Shown: positions 1 through 10,118, counted from the first letter of the stretch. The stretch is DNA of 64,000 nucleotides from Clostridia bacterium (GCA_018436095.1 JAHDMJ010000009.1:128888-192887), one strand, 5' to 3'. Notes: a model not told the origin generated them from the sequence alone. Made by a program: numbers and translations.

Positions 1-575
1 TTATCCGGCACGGGGAAACGGATTGGAACCGGCAAAAGCGCTTTCAAGGCCATACGGATATTGCGTTGAATGATGAGGGACGGCTGCAAGCGGTACGGCT
101 GGCGATGAAGCTGGCGGATGTGCTGCCCTTTGACCGGCTGGTAGCCAGTGATTTGCTCCGGGCCCGGGAAACCGCCGAGATACTGAATCGTGGTTACAAT
201 ACCCCGATTGCTGTGGATGAGGAGTTAAGAGAAATGAATTTTGGCCAGTGGGAAGGTCTGAATATCACTGCTATTCAGGAACGCTGGCCCGATGAGCTTC
301 AAGAGTGGTATACCTCCGGCCAGTTGACGGTTCCCGGCGGCGAAAGCCAGGAAGAGCTGTTTCAGCGGGTTTGGCAGCGTTTTCGGTATTGGGCCGATCA
401 AGAGGATTATCATAAAATGGGTATTGTTTGCCACGGCGCCGTTTGCGGCGTGCTAATCTGCGGCGTTTTGGACCGGCCCCATTGTGAAATGCAGAAATAT
501 ATGCTGGCTAATACCGGCATGTATGTGGTAACAGTGGAGGAGCGGGGCAAGTATAAATTGAATGTTTTACCCTGA
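1..575 (+). CDS. histidine phosphatase family protein (phosphoglycerate mutase / CobC-like), 5' end cut by the window edge
   Basis: Frame 3 reads IRHGETDWN (RHG catalytic motif) from nt 3. It continues without a stop into the listed ORF 66..575. A second His region (VCHGAV) lies near the C-terminus. Confidence 0.8.
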   Translation, partial: IRHGETDWNRQKRFQGHTDIALNDEGRLQAVRLAMKLADVLPFDRLVASDLLRARETAEILNRGYNTPIAVDEELREMNFGQWEGLNITAIQERWPDELQEWYTSGQLTVPGGESQEELFQRVWQRFRYWADQEDYHKMGIVCHGAVCGVLICGVLDRPHCEMQKYMLANTGMYVVTVEERGKYKLNVLP

Positions 576-660
576 GGGTTCTTGCAGCCTTAACTTGTTC
601 TATTCCTTGGTTTGACGCATAAATATTAGGGATAGAACCTGGTTTAAAGGAGGCTTGGCC

Positions 661-1500
661 ATGACGCCATTCAAACTAAAGCTCAAAAGGCTCCTGCCTT
701 ATCCCGCCAAGACCATCCGGCGGCGTCAGTTAAAAAAGTTGGGAGCATTAACAGCCCTGACTTTGCTTTGTTTTTTCAGTTTGCCTTTTTTCTTTACCAC
801 CGGCGCGCCGGAAGCTATCCCGACGCTGACTGCCGGCGCTGTGGCCGCCGAAGGCCGCTTGATTCCCATTTATTCCGTGGACACAAAAGGAGAGAAGGTT
901 TGTTCCCTGACCTTTGATGCGGCCTGGGGAGCTACCAGAACCTTATCTATCCTCGATATCCTGGATGAAAAGGAAATCAAGGCCACCTTTTTTTTGACGA
1001 ATATTTGGATGAAAGAATACCCGGATATGGTCAAGGAAATTGCTAAGCGGGGCCATGAGGTGGGCTTACATAGCGACAGCCACCCTAATTTAACTACCAT
1101 CAATGACGCTCAATTCCAGCAGGAGATCGACAATAACCGGAATATGCTAAAGGAGCTGACGGGGATCGAGGCCAAGGTGTTCCGGCCGCCTTTTGGCGCT
1201 TACGACAACCGGGTAGTACAAAAGCTGATGGACGAAGGCTTAGCCCCTATTCAATGGTCTGCCGACAGCCTGGATTGGAAAGAGCTTTCCGCGGGAGAGA
1301 TGCTGGTAAAGCTAAAGAAGGACATCAGCCCCGGCGGTATCGTGCTCTTTCATAATGACGGTCTCCATACCCCGGAGGTTTTGCCCCCCCTTATCGATTA
1401 TCTGGTGGAGCAGGGGTACTCTTTTAAGACCGTATCGGATTTGATTTTGCCCGCACCCTGGACCGTAAATAATCAAGGGGTGCAAAAGCCGGCGGCGTGA
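661..1500 (+). CDS. polysaccharide deacetylase (NodB homology domain, PdaB-like) with N-terminal TM segment
   Basis: Contains TFDAAWG and GHEVGLHSDSHPNLT/RPPFGAY NodB-type motifs. AAGGAGG at 647-653 lies 7 nt before ATG 661, so this start is preferred over TTG 655. Confidence 0.85.
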   Translation: MTPFKLKLKRLLPYPAKTIRRRQLKKLGALTALTLLCFFSLPFFFTTGAPEAIPTLTAGAVAAEGRLIPIYSVDTKGEKVCSLTFDAAWGATRTLSILDILDEKEIKATFFLTNIWMKEYPDMVKEIAKRGHEVGLHSDSHPNLTTINDAQFQQEIDNNRNMLKELTGIEAKVFRPPFGAYDNRVVQKLMDEGLAPIQWSADSLDWKELSAGEMLVKLKKDISPGGIVLFHNDGLHTPEVLPPLIDYLVEQGYSFKTVSDLILPAPWTVNNQGVQKPAA

Positions 1501-1547
1501 TGAGACTCAGGCATGGGCCGGCAGTTGGAAGACGCTGCACTTTCTCC

Positions 1548-1577
1548 TTGACCGAAGTAGAAAATATCAGGTATAAT
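1548..1577 (+). promoter_or_regulatory. sigma-A-type promoter upstream of alaS
   Basis: TTGACC (1548-1553), an 18-nt spacer, then TATAAT (1572-1577), about 100 nt upstream of the alaS start. Confidence 0.55.
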
Positions 1578-1677
1578 TTGAAGATGGAATTATGACGTCC
1601 CGGCATGACGTAGAATGTCCGGGGCGTTTTTTGTAACGCCGAAGCGTTATAAAACGCAAGAGAGGATGACAACTTCT

Positions 1678-4311
1678 ATGTTGACTGGCAACGAGATCAG
1701 AGAACGTTTTTTAAGCTATTTTGAGAGCAAGGGCCATACGCGGGTGCCCAGTTCCTCATTAGTACCCTTTAAGGATCCCACACTTTTATTCACCAACGCC
1801 GGCATGAACCAGTTCAAGGACGTATTTCTGGGTTTGGAGAAACGGCCTTACAGCCGGGCCACCACCGCCCAAAAATGCGTAAGAGCCGGCGGCAAGCATA
1901 ACGACCTGGATACCGTAGGCCGCACGGCCCGCCACCATACTTTTTTTGAAATGCTGGGCAATTTCTCCTTTGGTGATTATTTTAAAGAAGACGCCATCCG
2001 CTATGCCTGGGAGTTTTTGACGGTGGAGATGGGCCTGCCCCAGGACAAGCTCTATATCACCATTTATACTGATGACGACGAGGCTGAGGCTTTGTGGCTG
2101 AAACAGACTCCGGTTCCTCAGGAGAGAATCATTCGTTTAGGTGAGAAAGACAACTTCTGGGCCATGGGCGATACCGGCCCCTGCGGCCCTTGCAGCGAGA
2201 TCCACATTGACCGGGGGGAAAAGTACGCCTGCGGTCCTGACTGCGGTATCGGCAAGTGTGATTGCGACCGCTACTTGGAGATCTGGAACCTGGTCTTTAT
2301 GCAATACAACCGGGACACCGAAGGCACAATGACGCCGCTGCCCCGGCCCAGCATCGATACAGGCATGGGTCTGGAGCGCATTACCGCCGTAGTCCAGGAT
2401 GTGGAATCCAATTATGATACGGATATCATGGCGGAGATCGTCAAAGCCGTAGAGGCCGTCTGCGGCCGTCCTTATTACAAAGATATGCGGGGCTTTCCCT
2501 TCCGGGTTATTGCCGATCATATCCGTTCCTGCAGCTTCCTGATCAGCGACGGCGTTTTGCCCAGCAATGAAGGCCGGGGTTATGTACTGCGCCGGATTTT
2601 GCGGCGGGCTATCCGTTTCGGTAAGGTTCTGGGTATTGAAAGGCCTTTCATGCATGATTTGGTGGATGTGGTGGTTAAGCAAATGGGCAAGGCCTATCCT
2701 GAGCTTATTGAAAACCAGCAAGCCGTCAAGACGGTAATCAAGAGGGAAGAAGACCGCTTCCACGAAACCCTGGATGCCGGCATCAAGCTGGCCCAGGAGA
2801 TTGTGGCTAAAACCAAGGAGCAGGGAGAGAAGGTTCTTTCCGGCCAGCAGGTATTCAAGCTTTATGATACTTACGGTTTTCCCTTTGATTTATCTCAGGA
2901 TATTGCAGAGGAGGCAGGCCTGGCCATTGACAAGGAAGGCTTTGATGAAGCCATGGACCGCCAGCGCCGGCAGTCAAAGGACGCCAGAAAAGAAGAGGGC
3001 GCCTGGGATGTGGCTTTGCTGATGAACCGGCTAAGCCAGGGGGAGGCTACGGAATTTTTGGGCTATGACACCTTGACGGCAACCAGCCCGGCCACCATGA
3101 TTGTCCGGGAAGAGGAACAGGTTGATACCGCCAATGAAGGGGAGAACGTTTTGATGATTTTCCCCCGTACGCCTTTTTATGCGGAAAGCGGCGGCCAGGT
3201 TTCCGACCGGGGCCGCATCAGCGGCAAAGACGGTTTTGTGGAAGTCACCGGCGTTGCGAAACTGCCCGACGGCCGCGTCGTTCACCAGGGTCTGGTTTCC
3301 GGCCAGATCAGAAAGAATGAGGAATTTGTTTTAGCGGTAGAGCCGGAAAGCCGGCGGCAGATACAGACGAATCATACCGTTACTCATCTTCTGCATAAAG
3401 CTTTACAGGAGGTGCTGGGCAGTCACGTTACCCAGGCCGGTTCCGTAGTGGAAGCCTGCCGCCTGCGCTTTGACTTCGTCCATCACGCAGCCATGACCCT
3501 GGAAGAAATCCGGCAGGTTGAGGCAAAGGTTAACCGGGCTATTGCTGCCGCTTATCCCGTAAATACGGAGATCATGGATCTGGAAGCGGCAAAACAAGCA
3601 GGGGCCACCGCCCTCTTTGGCGAAAAGTACAGCGATGTGGTGCGGGTAGTCTCTATGGGCGATTACAGCAAGGAGCTTTGCGGCGGCATTCATTTACCGA
3701 ACACAGCCTTTGCCGGCATCTTTAAGATCATCAGCGAAGGTGCTGTCAGCGCCGGTATCCGCAGAATCGAGGCAACCAGCGGCACCGGCGTATTGGCATT
3801 ACTGGAAGAAAAGGAAGACGCTATAAAATCCATTGCGGCTATATTGAAAGCTCCTGCCGCCGCTTTGGAAAAAAAGGTGCAAAACCTGGTGGACAACAAT
3901 AAGGCTCTGGAAAAAGCTTTAGAAAAAGCGGAAAGCAAAGTGGCGGCTTTGCAAAGCGGTAAGCTGATGGATAAAGTCCAGCAGATTGGCGGTGTGCCGG
4001 TACTGATTTCCCGGGTGGAAGCCAGGGATAAAGAGAGCTTCTTAGGCCTTTCCGATACGTTCAAGGAAAAATTGGGCAGCGGCATTGTGGTTTTGGGTAC
4101 GGTGATGGAGGATAAGGTCAGCTTTATTGTTACCGTATCCAAGGACTTAACGGCTAAAGGCTATCATGCCGGCAATTTAGTCCGGGAAATTGCCAAGGTG
4201 GCGGGAGGCAGCGGCGGCGGCCGGCCGGATATGGCTCAAGCCGGCGGCAAAGATCCGGCTATGCTTGACAAGGCACTGGAGGAAGCGGCAAAAATTATCC
4301 AGGGCATTTAA
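1678..4311 (+). CDS. alaS: alanine--tRNA ligase
   Basis: Motifs HHTFFEMLGNFSFGDYFK and WAMGDTGPCGPCSEIH, and a C-terminal GGGRPDMAQAGG. The start is ambiguous: ATG 1678 lies 12 nt after GAGAGG, while ATG 1666 abuts the SD. The listed ORF start at 1615 is unlikely. Confidence 0.95.
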   Translation: MLTGNEIRERFLSYFESKGHTRVPSSSLVPFKDPTLLFTNAGMNQFKDVFLGLEKRPYSRATTAQKCVRAGGKHNDLDTVGRTARHHTFFEMLGNFSFGDYFKEDAIRYAWEFLTVEMGLPQDKLYITIYTDDDEAEALWLKQTPVPQERIIRLGEKDNFWAMGDTGPCGPCSEIHIDRGEKYACGPDCGIGKCDCDRYLEIWNLVFMQYNRDTEGTMTPLPRPSIDTGMGLERITAVVQDVESNYDTDIMAEIVKAVEAVCGRPYYKDMRGFPFRVIADHIRSCSFLISDGVLPSNEGRGYVLRRILRRAIRFGKVLGIERPFMHDLVDVVVKQMGKAYPELIENQQAVKTVIKREEDRFHETLDAGIKLAQEIVAKTKEQGEKVLSGQQVFKLYDTYGFPFDLSQDIAEEAGLAIDKEGFDEAMDRQRRQSKDARKEEGAWDVALLMNRLSQGEATEFLGYDTLTATSPATMIVREEEQVDTANEGENVLMIFPRTPFYAESGGQVSDRGRISGKDGFVEVTGVAKLPDGRVVHQGLVSGQIRKNEEFVLAVEPESRRQIQTNHTVTHLLHKALQEVLGSHVTQAGSVVEACRLRFDFVHHAAMTLEEIRQVEAKVNRAIAAAYPVNTEIMDLEAAKQAGATALFGEKYSDVVRVVSMGDYSKELCGGIHLPNTAFAGIFKIISEGAVSAGIRRIEATSGTGVLALLEEKEDAIKSIAAILKAPAAALEKKVQNLVDNNKALEKALEKAESKVAALQSGKLMDKVQQIGGVPVLISRVEARDKESFLGLSDTFKEKLGSGIVVLGTVMEDKVSFIVTVSKDLTAKGYHAGNLVREIAKVAGGSGGGRPDMAQAGGKDPAMLDKALEEAAKIIQGI

Positions 4312-4416
4312 TATAATCTTCATTTGTGCGGAGCCTGCAAGTGTGATAAGATAATTGTACAATCTGTCATACTGTCATAGATGAAAATTTATGTCTGTCC
4401 GGAAGGAGGGGTTACT

Positions 4417-4701
4417 ATGGACAAAAAAGAGCAGCGGAATACAGGCAATCAGAATATGGATCATACGGTGATGTTCAAAATAAAGAATGAAGCGGAAATC
4501 AGCACCCGGGAGCTTTTGCAGCATGTGTATAAAGCCCTGGAGGAAAAAGGCTATTCACCGGTGAATCAGATCGTCGGCTATCTGTTGTCCGGCGACCCTG
4601 CTTATATCACCAGCCATCAGAATGCCCGCAACATGATCCGCCGTTTAGACCGGGACGAGCTTTTAGAAGAGCTGGTTACCGAGTATCTTAAGGTAAAGTA
4701 G
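4417..4701 (+). CDS. ireB: IreB family regulatory phosphoprotein (UPF0297, YrzL-like)
   Basis: Contains the [43 protein letters not shown] core. GGAAGGAGGGG lies 6 nt before ATG 4417. Position after alaS is conserved. Confidence 0.85.
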   Translation: MDKKEQRNTGNQNMDHTVMFKIKNEAEISTRELLQHVYKALEEKGYSPVNQIVGYLLSGDPAYITSHQNARNMIRRLDRDELLEELVTEYLKVK

Positions 4702-5148
4702 ATGATCGGATTAGATGTGGGAGACCGCCGAATCGGCATTGCCGCTGCCGACGGTCTGGGTATTACGGCTCAGGGGCTGCCGACTTTGGAGCGGCGCAAG
4801 CCTGCAGAGGATTTGGACGCTTTAATCCGTATCCTGAATGAGCGGCAGGCCTCTAAACTGGTGGTGGGCTTGCCCAAAAACATGGATGGCAGCGTTGGGT
4901 TTCAGGGTGAGAAAGTTCAGGAGTTTATACAGTCTCTGCTGGAAAGAATCAGAGAAGCCGGCTCTGCTTTGCCGGAAGTGGTTTACTGGGATGAGCGGCT
5001 GACTACGGTGGCAGCTCACCGGACCCTTCTGGAAGCTGACGTCTCCCGCAAAAAGCGCAAAGGCGTAGTCGATAAGTTGTCGGCCGTACTTATTTTACAA
5101 GGCTATCTGGACCGGGAGGCCCAAAAAAAACTCCAAAAGCAGGACTAA
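4702..5148 (+). CDS. ruvX: Holliday junction resolvase RuvX (YqgF family)
   Basis: N-terminal GLDVGDRRIGIA motif, about 148 aa, with ireB-ruvX-DUF1292-mltG synteny. Confidence 0.9.
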   Translation: MIGLDVGDRRIGIAAADGLGITAQGLPTLERRKPAEDLDALIRILNERQASKLVVGLPKNMDGSVGFQGEKVQEFIQSLLERIREAGSALPEVVYWDERLTTVAAHRTLLEADVSRKKRKGVVDKLSAVLILQGYLDREAQKKLQKQD

Positions 5149-5175
5149 AATCCTGCCCAAAATAGCAACTGTCTA

Positions 5176-5204
5176 TTGACAACCTTACATAATGAAAGTA
5201 CAAT
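5176..5204 (+). promoter_or_regulatory. sigma-A consensus-like promoter
   Basis: TTGACA (5176-5181), a 17-nt spacer, then TACAAT (5199-5204), 60 nt upstream of the DUF1292 gene. Confidence 0.6.
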
Positions 5205-5264
5205 TACCGGGAATAGAACGTTAATAAAATGGGAAATGTATGAAAGAAGCGAGGTGTAATCAAT

Positions 5265-5561
5265 ATGGCAGAAGATAAGGATATCCTGGAGAACGAAAAT
5301 GTAGTGTTAGTTGATGAAGATGGCGTAGAGCATACCTTCGTATTGTTGGATGTCATCGAAGTAGAAGGTAGCGAATATGCTATACTTCAGCCTATAGATG
5401 AAGATTTGACCGACGACGAAGAGCCGGAAGCTGTGATTTTGAAGATTACCACCGATGAAAATGGCGAAGAAATTCTTGCCGACATTGAAGACGATGAGGA
5501 ATGGGAGAAGGTAGCCGACTATTGGCAGGAAGCCATGGAGGCCGAAGGCGACGAGGAATAA
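5265..5561 (+). CDS. DUF1292 (YrzB-like) acidic small protein
   Basis: VDEDGVEHTFVLLDVIEVEGSEYAILQP pattern, an acidic C-terminus, and a GAGGTG SD. Confidence 0.8.
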   Translation: MAEDKDILENENVVLVDEDGVEHTFVLLDVIEVEGSEYAILQPIDEDLTDDEEPEAVILKITTDENGEEILADIEDDEEWEKVADYWQEAMEAEGDEE

Positions 5562-5684
5562 CTCCCGAAATAAGTGTATATTGGATTTATATGGCGGAGG
5601 TGCAGCGGAAAAGCTACGCCTCTGTTGCATTTATTGCCTATTCTTTGATAAAATAGCCATAAAATGCTCAAAAGGATGTGAAGT

Positions 5685-6836
5685 ATGTCGAAAGAAGAAT
5701 ACGAAAAAGATAACCTGGCCAATGGAAGCATATCCGTTGCGGAGATAAAAGAACAGCCGGCCACCTTTAGAACTCGCAAAAAAAAGAAGGGCAAGGGAGG
5801 CATGGTTTTACTTGTTTTGATTATTTTAGTGGCTGCTTTGGGTATCGGTGTTATCGGCGGCAAGTATATCCAGTCTCTGGACGATCGTTGGCTGGAGGAT
5901 CTGGAGCCTGTCATGGTTTCCGGAGGTGAGGATTTTATCTTCACGGTGGAAAGAGGCTGGACCTTATCCCGGACGGCCCAGGCCCTGGCAGAAAACCAAT
6001 TAATCCGCAGCGCCGAAAGCTTTATACGCCTGGGCAAGCAAGAGGGGCAGGCTGAAGCCTTAAAGGCCGGCCGCTATTTGCTTTCGCCTGCCATGAGCAG
6101 CCCGGAGATTCTGGAAGAGTTGGTCAAAGGCAATTTGCTAACCGCTAAGTTTACCATCCCGGAAGGTTATACTCTGCGGCAGATCGCTAAGGTGTTTGCG
6201 GAAAAAGGCATCGCCGGCGAAGAAGAGTTCTGGCAGTGCGTTAAAGAAGGCCAGTTTGATTACGATTTCCTGGAAGGTTTGCCGGCGGACGAACACCGCC
6301 TTGAGGGCTACCTTTTTCCCGACACCTATGTTATCGAGATCGACGAATCCCTTGAATCCGTCATCAACCGCATGCTGAAACGCTATCAGGAAATTTGGCA
6401 GGCCTTACCTCCTAAGCAGAGTAATCTCAGCGACCGGGAGATTCTGATACTTGCTTCCATCGTTCAGAATGAAGTGAAGCTGGATGAGGAACGGCCTATA
6501 GCCGCCGGTATTTTTTATAACCGGCTTGCTAAAAACATGCTGCTGCAATCCTGCTCCACCGTCCAGTATTATTTCGAGGAGCCGAAGTTTCCGCTGCTTA
6601 CCTCGGATACGCAAATAGATTTTCCTTACAATACCTATATTTATCAAGGCTTGCCCCCGGGCCCTGTAGGTTCTCCCGGCAAAGTCTCTCTGGAGTCTGC
6701 TATGGCTCCGGCAGATACGGAGTATTTCTATTTTGTGGCCAGGGAAGACGGTACCGGCGGCCATTATTTCTCAAAAACCTTAAACGAGCATAATCAGGCC
6801 GTGGCTCAGGCCAGAGCCAACCGCAACAAGAAATAA
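5685..6836 (+). CDS. mltG: endolytic murein transglycosylase MltG (YceG-like)
   Basis: N-terminal TM segment, LEGYLFPDTYVI motif and LQSCSTVQY region. Position matches B. subtilis yrrL. Confidence 0.9.
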   Translation: MSKEEYEKDNLANGSISVAEIKEQPATFRTRKKKKGKGGMVLLVLIILVAALGIGVIGGKYIQSLDDRWLEDLEPVMVSGGEDFIFTVERGWTLSRTAQALAENQLIRSAESFIRLGKQEGQAEALKAGRYLLSPAMSSPEILEELVKGNLLTAKFTIPEGYTLRQIAKVFAEKGIAGEEEFWQCVKEGQFDYDFLEGLPADEHRLEGYLFPDTYVIEIDESLESVINRMLKRYQEIWQALPPKQSNLSDREILILASIVQNEVKLDEERPIAAGIFYNRLAKNMLLQSCSTVQYYFEEPKFPLLTSDTQIDFPYNTYIYQGLPPGPVGSPGKVSLESAMAPADTEYFYFVAREDGTGGHYFSKTLNEHNQAVAQARANRNKK

Positions 6837-6868
6837 AGTCAAAATTTTCAGCAGCAAAAGGAGTTCCC

Positions 6869-8086
6869 ATGGAATTATTAGCTCCTGCCGGCAGCTTGGA
6901 AAAGCTGAAAGCGGCAGTTCTCTTTGGCGCCGACGCCGTTTATTTGGCAGGTAAATCCTATGGCCTGCGGGCATTCTCCGACAACTTCAGTCCCGAGGAA
7001 ATGCAGGAGGGTATCGCTTTTGCCCACAGCCACGGCGCCAAGGTTTATGTGACCGTCAATATTTATGCCCGCAATCAGGATCTGGCAGGGTTGCCTGATT
7101 ACCTGCGGACTGTTGCCGCTGCGGATGCCGATGCGGTGATCGTATCCGATCCCGGCGTCTTTCAAGTGGTTCGCCGGACAATTCCCCAAATGCCGGTACA
7201 TATCAGCACCCAGGCCAATACCACCAATTGGCAGGCTGCCGCTTTTTGGCAGGAGTTGGGGGCTTCCCGGGTTGTACTGGCCCGGGAGCTGCCCGCCGCT
7301 GATATCCGGACTATCCATGAGCAGTTGCCCCGGTTGGAGCTGGAGGTTTTCGTCCATGGGGCCATGTGCATGTCCTATTCCGGCCGCTGTCTGATCAGCA
7401 ATTACCTGACAGGCCGGGATGCCAATCAGGGAGCCTGTGCCCAGCCCTGCCGCTGGAATTACCGTCTGGTGGAAGAAAAACGGCCGGGGGAGTATTATCC
7501 CCTTTTGGAAGATGAGCGGGGCAGCTACATTTTTAATTCGAAAGATCTTTGCCTATTGGAACAAATACCCCTATTGCATCAATCCGGTGTTTGCAGTCTG
7601 AAGGTTGAGGGACGCATGAAAAGCGTTCACTATGTGGCTTCCGTGATCAAAATTTACCGGGAAGCCCTTGACACTTATGCCGCCGACCCCGGCAATTGGC
7701 AGTTGCGCCGGGAGTGGCTCCGGGAGCTGGACCGGATCAGTCACCGGGAATATACCACAGGTTTCTTCTTAGGCGACGAAACTGGCAGTCAGGATGCTAA
7801 AATCAATTTAGGGGATAATTCCTCGGGGAAAAACCATGATTTCGTAGGTTTGGTTCTTGATTATGACCGGGAACAAAACCGGGTATTATTGGAGCAGCGG
7901 AACCACTTTCGCGAAGGTGACCTTTTGGAGTTCGTACCGCCTCAAGGCCCCAATTTTACCGTAAAAGCGGCAGGAATGACGGATGAGGAGGGCCGGCCGG
8001 TGGCGGCAGCGCCCCATCCCCAGCAGCGGCTTTTTCTGCCTCTCAGCAGCGCCGCCGCACCCTGGACCATGATCAGAAGGGCGTAG
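6869..8086 (+). CDS. peptidase U32 family protein (YrrO-like)
   Basis: U32 signature EVFVHGAMCMSYSGRCLISNY. AAAAGGAG SD. Confidence 0.9.
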   Translation: MELLAPAGSLEKLKAAVLFGADAVYLAGKSYGLRAFSDNFSPEEMQEGIAFAHSHGAKVYVTVNIYARNQDLAGLPDYLRTVAAADADAVIVSDPGVFQVVRRTIPQMPVHISTQANTTNWQAAAFWQELGASRVVLARELPAADIRTIHEQLPRLELEVFVHGAMCMSYSGRCLISNYLTGRDANQGACAQPCRWNYRLVEEKRPGEYYPLLEDERGSYIFNSKDLCLLEQIPLLHQSGVCSLKVEGRMKSVHYVASVIKIYREALDTYAADPGNWQLRREWLRELDRISHREYTTGFFLGDETGSQDAKINLGDNSSGKNHDFVGLVLDYDREQNRVLLEQRNHFREGDLLEFVPPQGPNFTVKAAGMTDEEGRPVAAAPHPQQRLFLPLSSAAAPWTMIRRA

Positions 8087-8097
8087 GTAAGCCGGCA

Positions 8098-8304
8098 ATG
8101 AACAACGACTCTATAGAATTTTTCGCAAAAGCTAGTAGAAACAGGATTGCCTATGTGACAAAGATAGTTGAAGGGATGAGCCATTTAGCCATTATCTCCA
8201 CCGTAGACAGACAGCAGGGTACATTAAGGGTAATTTGCGATGGCCAGGCCGCCCCGCAAGTAAAAAAAATCTTGCAGGATCTGGATTGCGAAATTCTTTT
8301 GTAA
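8098..8304 (+). CDS. small hypothetical protein (possibly DUF4911-like, the class often found after U32 peptidase genes)
   Basis: 68-aa ORF tightly following the U32 gene, with a terminator after it. The family assignment is from memory only. Confidence 0.45.
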   Translation: MNNDSIEFFAKASRNRIAYVTKIVEGMSHLAIISTVDRQQGTLRVICDGQAAPQVKKILQDLDCEILL

Positions 8305-8342
8305 AGCAATAGATCCTGTGCGGCAGGTTTGAAAAGTCTCAG

Positions 8343-8374
8343 CCCCGGCAAAACTATTGCCGGGGTGATTTTTT
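8343..8374 (+). terminator. rho-independent terminator whose 3' arm overlaps the SD of the downstream PBP gene
   Basis: CCCCGGCA (8343-8350) pairs with TGCCGGGG (8358-8365), followed by TGATTTTTT. GGGGTGA (8362-8368) is the only SD-like element before ATG 8378. Confidence 0.6.
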
Positions 8375-8377
8375 GTC

Positions 8378-10024
8378 ATGGATAGAAAAAAAAGAATTTA
8401 TGGCATGGCTTTTTTATTTAGTTTAGTTTTTTTATCCCTGTTGGGCCGACTGGCCTATATCCAGTTATTTACCGGCTCCCATAGCGGCAATTCTCTGGCC
8501 TTGTACGCTGCCCAGCGTTCCGACGGCAGTTTTGCCGCCGAAGAATATTTGCGGGGAGATATCCTGGACCGCTGGGGCAACAGTCTGACGGCTTCTGCCG
8601 TGGCCAGCCGATTGGTGGTCTTTCCGCGAAATTTAAATCTGGAGCTTTTGCAAGCTCAGCCTATAGCCCAGCGGCTGCAGGAAGCTTTAAGTTTAACGGA
8701 TTTGGCAGAGCTGAAAACAATAGCTCAGCGGCAAAAAATATATTTCTACCTGGATGATCAGGAGCTGTTAAGAGAAATAGAGGAGGCGGCCATACCCGGA
8801 TTATCCGTATTGCCTGTGAAATTTCGTTATGGCAAGGGCTCCCTGGCCCGGCATTTTGTGGGCTATTTGTACGAGAAAGACGGCAGGGGAGCTTTTGGCC
8901 TGGAAAAGGACTATGACGAACTGCTGCAAGGCGCCCAACCGGAATACGCTATCGACGGGGTAAAGGACGTAAGCGGCTTTCTGCTGCCGGGATACATCAA
9001 AGCCGGCGAAAACCTGCCGGATCAGCAGCGCCATGATTTAATTACCACCATTGACCGGGATCTTCAAAGGAAAGCGGAGGAGATTGCCGCCAGAACCATG
9101 AAAAAAGGGGCGCTGGTCATTATGAGCGTGGAGGGCAGCGAAATTTTAGCTGCCGTTAGCCGGCCGGATTTTGAGCAAAACAGGATTAAAGATTATCTGG
9201 CCTATGGGGACCAGCTTATCGACAGGGTTAGCCGTAAAGCTTTTTATCCCGGTTCTGTTTTTAAATTAGTCACCGCCGCCGCCGCTTTGGAGTATGCCGC
9301 CGAACAAGGCGCCGACCTGCGCAGCCTGCAATACGAATGCAAGGGCAGCTACGCCTTTGAAAATGGCGTGACCATCGGCTGCCTTGGCCACCACGGCCGT
9401 CTTGATCTCCGCCAGGCTTTTGAAGTATCCTGCAACGGTTATTTTATTAATATGATCCAACAGTGGGGAGGCGCAGCCGCTTTAAAAAAAATCTGTGGCA
9501 GCTTTGACCTGGATACCTATTTTAATGAAGAAGCCGGGCCGATTTTACTGGCGAATACGGCCATCGGTCAGCAGGGTATTATGGTCAGCCCCTTGCAAAT
9601 GGCCAGGATTTATGCCTGCATTGCCCGGGGCGGCTTGGACCAGGAGCCGGCTAAGGTCCTTTATGCTGTGGACCGCAACGGCTTTCAATTGCCTTTAGAT
9701 AAGAACAGACGTTTGGTTCGGGTATTCAGCACGAAAACCGCCGCTATTCTTCAGGATTGCCTGCGTTTTACGGCGCTGGAGGGTACGGCTAAAAGCGGAA
9801 ACGGCCAGCTCTACCGGGTAGGAGGAAAAACAGGTACGGCCGAAGCGGGGAAGGATAACCGGGTATTGGCCTGGTATTGCGGTTATTTGCCGGTGGAAGC
9901 GCCGGCTTATGTGGTTGCCGTCATGGTGGAAGAAAATATTGAAGGCAGTAACCAGGGCCTGCGGGGCGGCCGGGATGCCGCCGCCATTTTTAAAGAAATA
10001 GGCCAAGTCCTGGCGGTCAGGTGA
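8378..10024 (+). CDS. class B penicillin-binding protein (transpeptidase; PbpI/SpoVD-like)
   Basis: N-terminal TM segment. SxxK (SVFK), SxN (SCN) and KTG (KTGT) motifs occur in the correct order. Confidence 0.9.
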   Translation: MDRKKRIYGMAFLFSLVFLSLLGRLAYIQLFTGSHSGNSLALYAAQRSDGSFAAEEYLRGDILDRWGNSLTASAVASRLVVFPRNLNLELLQAQPIAQRLQEALSLTDLAELKTIAQRQKIYFYLDDQELLREIEEAAIPGLSVLPVKFRYGKGSLARHFVGYLYEKDGRGAFGLEKDYDELLQGAQPEYAIDGVKDVSGFLLPGYIKAGENLPDQQRHDLITTIDRDLQRKAEEIAARTMKKGALVIMSVEGSEILAAVSRPDFEQNRIKDYLAYGDQLIDRVSRKAFYPGSVFKLVTAAAALEYAAEQGADLRSLQYECKGSYAFENGVTIGCLGHHGRLDLRQAFEVSCNGYFINMIQQWGGAAALKKICGSFDLDTYFNEEAGPILLANTAIGQQGIMVSPLQMARIYACIARGGLDQEPAKVLYAVDRNGFQLPLDKNRRLVRVFSTKTAAILQDCLRFTALEGTAKSGNGQLYRVGGKTGTAEAGKDNRVLAWYCGYLPVEAPAYVVAVMVEENIEGSNQGLRGGRDAAAIFKEIGQVLAVR

Positions 10025-10029
10025 GAAAC

Positions 10030-10058
10030 TTGACATCTGGGGCTTACGCCTTTATAAT
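10030..10058 (+). promoter_or_regulatory. perfect-consensus sigma-A promoter
   Basis: TTGACA (10030-10035), a 17-nt spacer, then TATAAT (10053-10058). Confidence 0.65.
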
Positions 10059-10118
10059 TATTTTCGGTTTAAAAAATATTTATATTATTTTTATGAATCA
10101 GGAAAGAAGGAGAACAGA

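Noticed and set aside
1501-1677. Possible T-box leader upstream of alaS (the same question applies upstream of aspS, 61733-61810).
   Set aside because: The leaders are only about 100 nt from the promoter and about 78 nt respectively. That is far shorter than T-box leaders. I also saw no specifier-loop or T-box (..GGTGGTACCGCG..) sequence.
2137-2763. 208-aa ORF on the minus strand inside alaS. Similar long antisense ORFs occur at 6878..7357, 13364..13994, 14746..15417, 16526..17139, 30479..31000, 33574..34347, 38226..39223, 55755..56384, 57400..58095, 58426..58968, 60530..61129 and 62123..62584.
   Set aside because: All of them lie fully inside strongly supported genes on the other strand. 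They have no SD sequences and show the biased low-complexity composition expected of shadow frames in GC-rich coding DNA.
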